64,000 nt of DNA from Bacteroidota bacterium (GTDB taxonomy: Bacteria; Bacteroidota; Bacteroidia; Flavobacteriales_F; PHOS-HE28), in the NCBI GenBank assembly GCA_963169535.1, contig CAUJED010000043.1:237-64236 (forward strand), given 5' to 3'. Below the pieces are notes generated by a model. The model ran no database searches and was not told where the DNA came from. It saw nothing but the letters and a program-made list of their open reading frames with translations. Shown here piece by piece: positions 8,099-16,238 of this stretch (position 1 is its first letter; the number at the start of each line of letters is the position of its first letter). Made by a program: the position numbers and the translations under genes.

Positions 8099-11000
8099 TC
8101 AGTTGAGGGTGTAGGAAACCTCGGGTAGGCCGTCCAATGACCGGATAAGATCTTCGCTCACCGCCACGCTGATCCCTTTCGTGGGCGCTTCAAGGGCCAT
8201 TTTTTCCTGTTCGCTCACGAGTTGGATGCTCACCTTGCATTTGCCTGGAGACGCTTTCAATAGCTGTCCAAGTTCACGGGCCAAGGCGTCGTCCACCCGG
8301 TCGGCATCCAACTTCAGATTGAGCTTGGTGATGTATTTCTCCCGCGCGTCGCCCAATAGGTCGATGTTGTACACCTTCAACTCCATTTGTCCTTCATCGC
8401 GCCCCCAGGTACGTGCCATCGCTTTCCCCTTCACCAGCAGCAAGGCGCCGGTCTGCAGGTAGAGCTTGAACTTCATGTAGTCCTCACTGAAGAACATGAA
8501 TTCGTGGGTGCCACTGTGATCCTCCAACGAGAGACTTCCGAAGGGTTTGCCGCTCTTGGCGATGCGGTGTTCGGCCTTGGTGACGATCCCCGCGAAAGTG
8601 AGGTCGCGGCCCGCCAACTTGTCCAGTTCCTTCAGATCGGGCAGGGTGGTGTTGCACAAGTGCTTGATCTCCAAGCGATGGTCGTCCAGCGGATGGCCGC
8701 TGAGGTAGAAACCGATCACGTCCTTTTCGTAGTGCAATTGTTCCAGTGCGCTCCACGGGTCTATGGCGGGGATCGTCGGCTCGGGGATGGCGGCGCCTTC
8801 GTCGGCCTCGCCGAACATGTTCACCTGCGCGCTGTCGGCACCGTCCTGGCACTGTTGACCGTATCGGGTGAGTGTTTCCATCCACGTGGGCTTGCCCTCG
8901 CCGGGACTGTGGAAGTAGTGGGCCCGGTGCGTGCGGGGAAGTCCATCGAAGGCACCTCCGTAGGCCAGGCTTTCCAGAGCCTTGCGGTTGGCCGAGCGCA
9001 GGTTCACACGGCGTACCAGATCGAAGATGTCCTTATACGGACCGTGCTCGTTGCGCTCCTTCACGATCGCATCCACGGCGGCTTCGCCCACGCCCTTCAC
9101 AGCACCAAGGCCGAAGCGCACCTCGCCCTTCTTGTTCACGCTGAACTGCAGCTGGCTCTCGTTCACGTCGGGGCCCAGCACCTGGATGCCCATGCGGCGG
9201 CACTCTTCCATGAAGAAGGTGATCTTGTCGATCTGCCCGCCCGAGTGGGTGAGCACGCTGGCCATGTACTCGCTGGGGTAGTTGGCCTTGAGCCATGCGG
9301 TCTGGTAGGCTACGAAGGCGTAGCATGTGCTGTGCGATTTGTTGAAGGCGTATTGCGCGAAGGCCTCCCAGTCGGTCCATACTTTTTCGCACACCTTGGC
9401 ATCGAAGCCGCGTTCCTTGGTGCCCTCGAGGAACTTGCCCTTCATCTTGTCCAACGTGGCGCGGTCCTTCTTGCCCATGGCCTTGCGCAGCACGTCGGCA
9501 TCGCCCTTGGTGAAGCCCGCGAGCTTCTGCGAGAGCAACATCACCTGCTCTTGGTACACGGTAACGCCGTAGGTCTCCTTCAACAGTTCCTCCATCTCGG
9601 GCAGGTCGTAGAGGATCGGCTCCAGCCCGTGCTTGCGTTTGATGAAGGTGGGGATGTATTCGAGCGGCCCCGGCCGGTACAGGGCGTTCATGGCGATGAG
9701 GTCGCCGAATTGGTCGGCCTTCAGTTCGCGCAGGTACTTCTGCATGCCCGCGCTTTCGAACTGGAAGGTGCCGTTGGTTTCGGCGCGCTGGTACAAGGCG
9801 AAGGTCTTGGGGTCGTCCAGCGGGATGTCGTCGATGGCGATGTCCACCCCGTGGTTGGCCTTGATCATGCGCAGCGCATCGCGGATGATGGTGAGCGTCT
9901 TCAGCCCCAGGAAGTCCATCTTGATCACGCCCGCATCTTCGATCACCTTGCCGTCGTACTGCGTAAGGAGCAGGGTGCTTTCCTTCGATGTGCAAACGGG
10001 GATGATCTCGGTGAGGTCGCTGGGCGCGATGATGATCCCCGCCGCGTGTACCCCGGTGCCGCGCACGGAACCTTCCAGCTTCTCGGCGGCGTTCAGCACG
10101 TCGCTGGTCAGCTCACCGCTGTCCAGCACGTCGCGCAGCTGTTTCACCAAGGCCAGCTCGTCGCTGCCGAGGTTCTCCTTCGCCTTCAGGCTGCCTTCGC
10201 CGTCCATGGGTGCGCGCAGCAGGCGGCCCAGGTCTATACCGGGGCGTTCGGGTACGAGCTTGGCCAGGCGGTCGGCCTCGGGCAGTGGCAGGTCCATCAC
10301 GCGGCTCACGTCGCGGATGCTGCTCTTGGCGGCCATGCTGCCGTAGGTGACGATCTGCGCCACCTGGTTGCGGCCGTATTTGTCCACCACGTAGTCGATC
10401 ACCCGCTGCCGCCCTTCATCGTCGAAGTCGGTATCGATATCGGGCATGCTCTTGCGGTCGGGGTTCAGGAACCGTTCGAAGAGCAGGTCGTACTTGATGG
10501 GGTCGATGTTGGTGATGCCGATGCAATACGCCACCGCGCTGCCCGCCGCGCTGCCACGGCCCGGACCGATCAACACGCCCATGTTGCGGCCCGCGTTGAT
10601 GAAGTCCTGCACGATGAGGAAGTACCCCGCGAAGCCCATGGTGCGGATCACGAAGAGCTCGAAATCCAGCCGCTCCTTGATCTTGGGGTCGAGCGAATCG
10701 ATGCCGCCCACAAGGCCCGTATCGGGCCGACCCTGAAGGTTGGCGGTGCGGGCGCCTTGATCGGCGATCGCGGGGGTGAGCCACCGCCGGATCGCACCCT
10801 CGTACGTCAGATGCTTCAGGTATTCATCCTGGTCGGCGAAGCCTTCGGGCAGTTGGTAGTTGGGCAGGAGGATGTCCTTCTTCAGCTTAAGGGTATCCAC
10901 CTTGTCCACGATCAGGCCCGTGTTGTCCAGGGCCTCGGGCAGGTCGCGGAAGGTCTCGGCCATCTGCGCCTGCGTCTTGAAGAAGAACTGGTCGTTGGGG

Positions 11001-11767
11001 AATCCGAAGCGCTTGCCCTTGGTGCTGGCGTCCTCGTCGGTGGCAATGGGGGTGCTCTGCTTCTCCCCGGTGTTCACACACAGCAGGATGTCGTGCGCGT
11101 TGCTGTCCTCCTGATCGGTGTAGTGGCTGTCGTTGCTGGCGATGATGGGCACATTGTACTTCCGCGCCCACTGCACCAGCACGGCGTTCACCTGTTCCTG
11201 TTCGGGTATGCCATGGCGTTGCAGTTCCACGAAGTAGTCCTCGCCGAAGAGGTCCAGCCACCACTTGAACTCGGCTTCGGCCTTGTCCAGGTCGCCACGC
11301 AGTATGGCCTGTGGCACGCTGGCGCCCAGGCAGCAGGTGGTGGCGATCAGGCCCTCGTGGTACTGTACGATCAGCTCCTTGTCGATCCGCGGGTATTTGC
11401 TGTAGAACCCGTCGATGTAGCCGAGGCTGCACAGTTTGCTCAGGTTGCGGTAGCCTTCGGCGTTCTTGGCCAGCATCAGCTGGTGGAACCGCTTGTCCTT
11501 CTCTTCGCGGGTGAACTGCTTCTTGTGCCGGTCGGCCACCACGTAGAACTCGCAGCCCACGATGGGCTTCACCTTCAGCGAGCCGTCGTCGTTCTTGTGC
11601 TTGCCCGCCTCGGCCACGAACTTGAAGGCGCCGAACATGTTGCCGTGGTCGGTGATGGCCAGCGCGGGCTGACCGTCCTTCACGGCTTTCTTGTAGAGCG
11701 ATGGGATGCTGGCGGCCCCGTCGAGGAGCGAGAACTGGGTGTGGACGTGGAGGTGGGAGAAGGACAT
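8099..11767 (-). CDS. dnaE: DNA polymerase III alpha subunit
   Basis: MSFSHLHVHTQFSLLDGAASI (PHP domain), palm/fingers motifs (GRGSAAGSAVAYCIGITNIDP, PDIDTDF) and a C-terminal OB region. Track start 11779 is GTG; ATG at 11767 preferred. Confidence 0.97.
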   Translation of the reverse strand: MSFSHLHVHTQFSLLDGAASIPSLYKKAVKDGQPALAITDHGNMFGAFKFVAEAGKHKNDDGSLKVKPIVGCEFYVVADRHKKQFTREEKDKRFHQLMLAKNAEGYRNLSKLCSLGYIDGFYSKYPRIDKELIVQYHEGLIATTCCLGASVPQAILRGDLDKAEAEFKWWLDLFGEDYFVELQRHGIPEQEQVNAVLVQWARKYNVPIIASNDSHYTDQEDSNAHDILLCVNTGEKQSTPIATDEDASTKGKRFGFPNDQFFFKTQAQMAETFRDLPEALDNTGLIVDKVDTLKLKKDILLPNYQLPEGFADQDEYLKHLTYEGAIRRWLTPAIADQGARTANLQGRPDTGLVGGIDSLDPKIKERLDFELFVIRTMGFAGYFLIVQDFINAGRNMGVLIGPGRGSAAGSAVAYCIGITNIDPIKYDLLFERFLNPDRKSMPDIDTDFDDEGRQRVIDYVVDKYGRNQVAQIVTYGSMAAKSSIRDVSRVMDLPLPEADRLAKLVPERPGIDLGRLLRAPMDGEGSLKAKENLGSDELALVKQLRDVLDSGELTSDVLNAAEKLEGSVRGTGVHAAGIIIAPSDLTEIIPVCTSKESTLLLTQYDGKVIEDAGVIKMDFLGLKTLTIIRDALRMIKANHGVDIAIDDIPLDDPKTFALYQRAETNGTFQFESAGMQKYLRELKADQFGDLIAMNALYRPGPLEYIPTFIKRKHGLEPILYDLPEMEELLKETYGVTVYQEQVMLLSQKLAGFTKGDADVLRKAMGKKDRATLDKMKGKFLEGTKERGFDAKVCEKVWTDWEAFAQYAFNKSHSTCYAFVAYQTAWLKANYPSEYMASVLTHSGGQIDKITFFMEECRRMGIQVLGPDVNESQLQFSVNKKGEVRFGLGAVKGVGEAAVDAIVKERNEHGPYKDIFDLVRRVNLRSANRKALESLAYGGAFDGLPRTHRAHYFHSPGEGKPTWMETLTRYGQQCQDGADSAQVNMFGEADEGAAIPEPTIPAIDPWSALEQLHYEKDVIGFYLSGHPLDDHRLEIKHLCNTTLPDLKELDKLAGRDLTFAGIVTKAEHRIAKSGKPFGSLSLEDHSGTHEFMFFSEDYMKFKLYLQTGALLLVKGKAMARTWGRDEGQMELKVYNIDLLGDAREKYITKLNLKLDADRVDDALARELGQLLKASPGKCKVSIQLVSEQEKMALEAPTKGISVAVSEDLIRSLDGLPEVSYTLN

Positions 11768-11778
11768 GATGCGGGCCA

Positions 11779-11787
11779 CGAATTTAC
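11779..11787 (-). promoter_or_regulatory. Variant -7 box GTAAATTCG upstream of dnaE
   Basis: Minus strand GGTAAATTCGTGG, 12 nt before ATG 11767. The same 9-mer occurs before the ABC operon and pdxH. Confidence 0.4.
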
Positions 11788-11939
11788 CTGGCTGGAAGGG
11801 GTGGGGCCGGGATCAGTTTTCCACAGTGGAACCAGCCATAAGGCCACGAGATCGGCGATGGATCGTGGATAGTTGGTCGGTGGTGTAGTATGTTCGGGCC
11901 GTGGCCAGGCCGGGTGGCCCAGCGCGGGTAACCAACCCC

Positions 11940-13136
11940 ATGGCCGCACGTAAGACGACCGCAATGACCAACGCATTCTTCAAGGAGGAGCATCATCAGT
12001 TCCGCGCCGGTTTCCGGGCCTTCCTGGCCAAGGAAGTGGTGCCGCATGTGGAGGAGATCGAACGTACCGGCCGGATCGACCGTGCCATTTGGAAGAAGAT
12101 GGCCGACCATGGGGTGTTCGGCCTGGTGTATCCCGAAGCCTATGGCGGCCTGGGGCTGGACCACAAGTACACCGTGATCTACCTGGAGGAGATGCAGCGC
12201 ATCAACTCCGGTGGTTTCGCCGCCGCCATGTGGGCGCACACCTACCTGGCCATGCAGCACCTGCTGGCCGAGGGCGATGAGCGCATCAAGCACGAATACC
12301 TCGCACCCAGCATCAGCGGCGACAAGATCGGCTGCCTGTGCATCACCGAACCGTTCGCAGGAAGCGATGTGGCCGGCATGCGCACCAAAGCCGTGAAGGA
12401 TGGCGACCACTACGTGATCAACGGTTCCAAGACCTTCATCACCAACGGCGTGTACAGCGATTACCTAGTGGTGTGCGCCAAGACCGAACCCACGCTGGGC
12501 AGCCGGGGCATCTCCATCTTCGTGGTGGACCGCGATACGCCGGGCATCAGCGCCACCAAGCTGGATAAATTGGGCTGGCGCGGGTCCGATACCGCCGAGA
12601 TCGCCTTCGAGAACGTGCGTATCCCGGCCGCCAACTTGATGGGCGAGGAGAACAAGGGCTTCGGCTACATCATGCAGCATTTCGCGTTGGAAAGGCTGAT
12701 CATGGCCGTGAATGCCCACGCATGTGCGGAGTTCGCCTTGGAATACAGCCTCAATTACATGCACGAGCGCCATGCTTTCGGTAAGGCCATTAGCGACTTC
12801 CAAGTGTTACGTCACCGCGCCGCGCACATCGCCGCCAAGGTGGAGATGCACAAACGCTTCAACTACACCATCTGCCAGCAGCTGGTGGACGGGGAGTATC
12901 CCGTGAAGGAGGCCAGCATGGCCAAGATGCTTGCCACCGCCATGTGCGACGAGGTCGTGAGCCAATGCCTGCAGTTCCTCGGTGGTTACGGCTACATGGA
13001 GGAGTATCCGCTGGCACGCATGTTCCGCGACAGCCGCCTTGGCCCCATCGGCGGCGGCACGTCGGAGATCCTCGCCGAGATCATCGCCAAGATGGTGATC
13101 GATAAGAAGGAGTATGCACCTGCTGTGAAACACTGA
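11940..13136 (+). CDS. Acyl-CoA dehydrogenase
   Basis: ORF 11901..13136 (GTG in track); ATGs at 11940 and 11964. CITEPFAGSDVAGMRTKAVKDGDHYVINGSKTFITNG and the C-terminal QFLGGYGYMEEYPLARMFRDSRLGPIGGGTSEI are ACAD hallmarks. Confidence 0.92.
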   Translation: MAARKTTAMTNAFFKEEHHQFRAGFRAFLAKEVVPHVEEIERTGRIDRAIWKKMADHGVFGLVYPEAYGGLGLDHKYTVIYLEEMQRINSGGFAAAMWAHTYLAMQHLLAEGDERIKHEYLAPSISGDKIGCLCITEPFAGSDVAGMRTKAVKDGDHYVINGSKTFITNGVYSDYLVVCAKTEPTLGSRGISIFVVDRDTPGISATKLDKLGWRGSDTAEIAFENVRIPAANLMGEENKGFGYIMQHFALERLIMAVNAHACAEFALEYSLNYMHERHAFGKAISDFQVLRHRAAHIAAKVEMHKRFNYTICQQLVDGEYPVKEASMAKMLATAMCDEVVSQCLQFLGGYGYMEEYPLARMFRDSRLGPIGGGTSEILAEIIAKMVIDKKEYAPAVKH

Positions 13137-13148
13137 ACCGAAGAGAAC

Positions 13149-13958
13149 ATGTCCCGCGTAGCGCTCATCACCGGTGGTAGCCGAGGTATCGGCCGCTCCA
13201 TCGCCCTCAAACTGGCCAGCCACGGTTACGATATCGTGATCGCCTCCAAATCCACCGAGGAGGATCCCCGCATTCCGGGTACCATCCATTCCGTGGTGGC
13301 CGAGGTGGAGGCCCTGGGCGCGAAGGCCCTCGCCGTGAAGGTGGACATCCGCTATGAGGAGCAGGTGGTGGCCATGTTCCAGCAGGTGAAGGCCCGGTTC
13401 GGGCATCTCGATGTACTGGTGAACAATGCGAGTGCCATCAACCTCGCCAGCACCGAGAAGATGGAAATGAAGCGCTGGGACCTGATGAACTCCATCAACG
13501 TGCGTGGCACCTACATGGTGTCGAAGTACGCGATCCCATTGCTCAAGGACGGGTTCAACGCCCACATCCTCACCCTCTCTCCGCCGCTGAACATGGATAA
13601 GGTGTGGTTCGGAAAGCACTTGGGCTACACCATGGCGAAGTACGGCATGAGCATGACCGTGCTGGGCCTGGCCACGGAATTGAAACCGCACAGGATCGCC
13701 GCCAATGCGCTGTGGCCGAAGACGACCATCGCCACCGCCGCCGTGCAGAACCTGTTGGGCGGCAAGGAGCTCGTGGAGCGCAGTCGTATACCGGAGATCG
13801 TGGCCGATGCCGCATGGACCATCGTGAACAAGCCCAGCGACAGCTTCACGGGGCGCTTCCTGATCGACGAGGAGGTGCTGCGCGAAAGCGGTGTCTCGGA
13901 CTTCGAGCAGTACGCGGTGACGCCCGGCGGACCATTGATGCCGGACTTGTTCCTCTAA
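13149..13958 (+). CDS. SDR-family short-chain dehydrogenase (HSDL2-like)
   Basis: MSRVALITGGSRGIGRSIAL (TGxxxGIG), NNASAI, YTMAKYGM (YxxxK). Lies 12 nt after the ACAD gene, so a likely operon. Confidence 0.9.
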   Translation: MSRVALITGGSRGIGRSIALKLASHGYDIVIASKSTEEDPRIPGTIHSVVAEVEALGAKALAVKVDIRYEEQVVAMFQQVKARFGHLDVLVNNASAINLASTEKMEMKRWDLMNSINVRGTYMVSKYAIPLLKDGFNAHILTLSPPLNMDKVWFGKHLGYTMAKYGMSMTVLGLATELKPHRIAANALWPKTTIATAAVQNLLGGKELVERSRIPEIVADAAWTIVNKPSDSFTGRFLIDEEVLRESGVSDFEQYAVTPGGPLMPDLFL

Positions 13959-13976
13959 TACCATTCGGCCATTCCG

Positions 13977-14007
13977 TAGCGCCCGAAGATGCGCGGCTAT
14001 TCTTTCG
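13977..14007 (+). terminator. Probable terminator after the ACAD-SDR operon
   Basis: Stem tagc-gc / gc-g-gcta with one bulge and loop ccgaagat, followed by ttctttcg. Lies 19 nt after the SDR stop. Confidence 0.5.
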
Positions 14008-14360
14008 CAGGCCGATACGAGGGACCTGCTACGTAGCGGGACTTACGGAACGATCAAGACGGAGAAGGCATGCGGGAAAGGACCGGGTCGATCGTCCTGC
14101 TCCTTACACGGTCGGTGAGATAGGAACGGTTTCAGCACGGGCGGAATCGGGTGGCGAAGAAGAGAAGAAGTGAAAGTGGGCGTGGCTTCCTCGCTTCTTC
14201 ATTTCCTCGCTACCGAGCGGAATGGACCGCTTCTATGTTGCCACCTCAGTAGTGCGAATTGGTGATAGGTCCGCCCCAGTGTGTCGGTGTGGTTCGGGGA
14301 TCACGGGCCGGGCCATGGCCTTTTCCGCACCGCGCACTTCAGACCGGTCATGTCGGTGCT

Positions 14361-15347
14361 TCAGTGCTCGGCGTTGCGCTTCAACAATTCCTGCAGCCGT
14401 GGCAGGTCCTTGTAGTAGGCTTCGAGGTCCCACTTGAGCCCCATGCTGACGAGGTAGTCGTTCAACGGTCGAAGACCCACCTCGGCTCTCCGCTGGTCCA
14501 CATGCTCGGGGTCCTCCAATGGGCTCAGGTAATAGCTGTTCGTATCGGGGTCGCGCCCCAGTTGCGTGCCATACACCTGCGGCCGTCCACGGCGCATGCG
14601 GGTCCGGTCCTCGAGCATGGCCAGATGGTTGCCCTTGGCACGCCCGGCCTTCATGGCTTCGCGCATCAGCGGAAGGTATTTCTCCTGGGTCTCCAGGTCC
14701 GCATGCTGGATCACCAGGAACAACGCCAGGTTCCCAGTGGGACCTACGACATCCGGTCCTAACCATCCACGTTCATCCAGGATCCGGACCACCTTGATCT
14801 GGTTGAGCGAATCGGCCACCCAGATGCGGTGCCAATACGCTTTCATCTCCTTTGAATCATGCCCGAACTCCGCTTCCACGGCGGCGATCCCGTTGCGCAA
14901 GCCCTGGTCCTCTGCGAAGATGGAGTCGAGTTGCGCGACCAGGGCCTTGTCGTAGTTGGCCTCCAGCCGTTCCTTGTTCTTCGCTACCCGGTCGATCACT
15001 TCATTCCAGCGCTTGTCCGTGTGCAAACCGTTCAGGTCCGGGTCGGTGGTGATGTGCTTCAGGTTCGCATAGTCCATCAGGTCGGCGATCCGCTTCAGCT
15101 GGTAGAAGGCGGAGTCCGGTACTCCCGCCAAGGCCCATGCACAAGCGGCGTTGTACCGGTCGTTGGAGGTGCCATTCCAACCCAGGGTCTTGAATGCTTC
15201 CGCGTACGTTCCTCCGCTGGCCTTGTAGTCCTCCTGTTCGTAGAGGGAGTAGGCCTTCGCGATCAATTCATCGTACCGCGCCTGGTCCTGGCCATGGACC
15301 ATGGAACTGGTGCATATGGAAAGGAGGAAGATAGGGTTGGCGCGCAT
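14361..15347 (-). CDS. Secreted hypothetical protein (DUF6624-like C-terminal half)
   Basis: Signal peptide MRANPIFLLSICTSSMVHGQ, a TPR-like N-half, and a C-half LALFLVIQHADLETQEKYLPLMREAMKAGRAKGNHLAMLEDRTRMRRGRPQVYGTQ. Confidence 0.7.
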   Translation of the reverse strand: MRANPIFLLSICTSSMVHGQDQARYDELIAKAYSLYEQEDYKASGGTYAEAFKTLGWNGTSNDRYNAACAWALAGVPDSAFYQLKRIADLMDYANLKHITTDPDLNGLHTDKRWNEVIDRVAKNKERLEANYDKALVAQLDSIFAEDQGLRNGIAAVEAEFGHDSKEMKAYWHRIWVADSLNQIKVVRILDERGWLGPDVVGPTGNLALFLVIQHADLETQEKYLPLMREAMKAGRAKGNHLAMLEDRTRMRRGRPQVYGTQLGRDPDTNSYYLSPLEDPEHVDQRRAEVGLRPLNDYLVSMGLKWDLEAYYKDLPRLQELLKRNAEH

Positions 15348-15393
15348 GGCGCTAAATTATTGATGGGCATTCGCTACGCTCCTTTCACCATCT

Positions 15394-15846
15394 TTGAATG
15401 TGCTGAACCGTTTCTATTCCGCATTGGTCCGGAAGGACTGGGCTGCGATGGGGGCATGCTACCACCCCGATGCACGCTTCAGCGATCCTGTTTTCCCGGC
15501 GTTGGACGCCGCTGGTGCCCGTGCGATGTGGCGGATGCTGCTCACCAGCGGCACCGATCTGCGGGTGGCGTTCACCATCATCAGCGAGGATGAGCGCAGT
15601 GGGGTGGTGCGGTGGGAGGCGTGGTATACGTTCAGCCGCACGCAGCGCCCGGTGCACAACGTCATCACCTCCACGTTCAGCCTGAAGGATGGCCTCATCC
15701 TCGTTCAGCGGGACAGGTTCGACTTCTGGCGCTGGAGCAGGCAGGCGCTGGGTACCAGCGGCCTGCTGCTGGGTTGGTCGCCCATGGTGCGGAACAAGGT
15801 GCGCGCTGCCGCAGCGAGGGGCTTGCGCAAAGCCATGCAGGGTTGA
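15394..15846 (+). CDS. NTF2/SnoaL-like superfamily protein
   Basis: NRFYSALVRKDWAAMGACYHPDARFSDPVF...VVRWEAWYTF...LILVQRDRFDFWRW. Start is non-ATG: TTG at 15394 or GTG at 15400. Confidence 0.75.
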   Translation: MNVLNRFYSALVRKDWAAMGACYHPDARFSDPVFPALDAAGARAMWRMLLTSGTDLRVAFTIISEDERSGVVRWEAWYTFSRTQRPVHNVITSTFSLKDGLILVQRDRFDFWRWSRQALGTSGLLLGWSPMVRNKVRAAAARGLRKAMQG

Positions 15847-16185
15847 TCACTTCTCCTGCACGCCCTTGGTCGTTTCCAGCATCACCACTTCCAGCTTGCG
15901 CACACCGTACTTGGCCTTCAGCGTGGTACGGCTGTCGTTCCCTTCTTCGGGTGTGTCGAAGCGCAGCACGTCCAAGTCCTGCACGTCCTTCAACACGGGG
16001 AACTCCTCCCGGTAGCGGGCCAGCAGTTGCGGTGTGGTGAACGCTTCGGTGGTCTCGATCACCGGGGTGATGTACACCACGGGGCCGTTGCGCCAATTGC
16101 CCACGGCGAGGCTCCAGATGGTGTTCTGCGCCATAGCGGCGCAGCCGATGAATAGGGCAAGTGCGATCAGAATGTTCCTTTTCAT
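15847..16185 (-). CDS. Small secreted hypothetical protein
   Basis: 112 aa with signal peptide MKRNILIALALFIGCAAMAQ. GC3-biased codons. No family recognised. Confidence 0.6.
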   Translation of the reverse strand: MKRNILIALALFIGCAAMAQNTIWSLAVGNWRNGPVVYITPVIETTEAFTTPQLLARYREEFPVLKDVQDLDVLRFDTPEEGNDSRTTLKAKYGVRKLEVVMLETTKGVQEK

Positions 16186-16223
16186 GCGAACGTCCGGAGC
16201 GCATGGGCACCCCGGACGTTCGC
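16186..16223 (-). promoter_or_regulatory. Perfect 12-bp GC-rich hairpin whose 3' arm abuts the start codon of the small secreted protein gene
   Basis: gcgaacgtccgg (16186-16197) and ccggacgttcgc (16212-16223) with a 14-nt loop. On the minus strand the hairpin ends at 16186 and ATG is 16185-16183. No T-run. Confidence 0.6.
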
Positions 16224-16238
16224 GAAGTTCGGTAAGGA

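Noticed and set aside
8387-11872. 1161-aa ORF on the plus strand opposite dnaE
   Set aside because: It is the antisense reading of a GC-rich gene. Its composition is low-information (runs of G/A/V/L/H/Q) with no motif. dnaE on the other strand has unmistakable homology. The same reasoning applies to 6105..7310(+), 12807..13964(-), 19496..20749(+), 41736..43225(+), 51471..52991(-) and 57113..58330(+).
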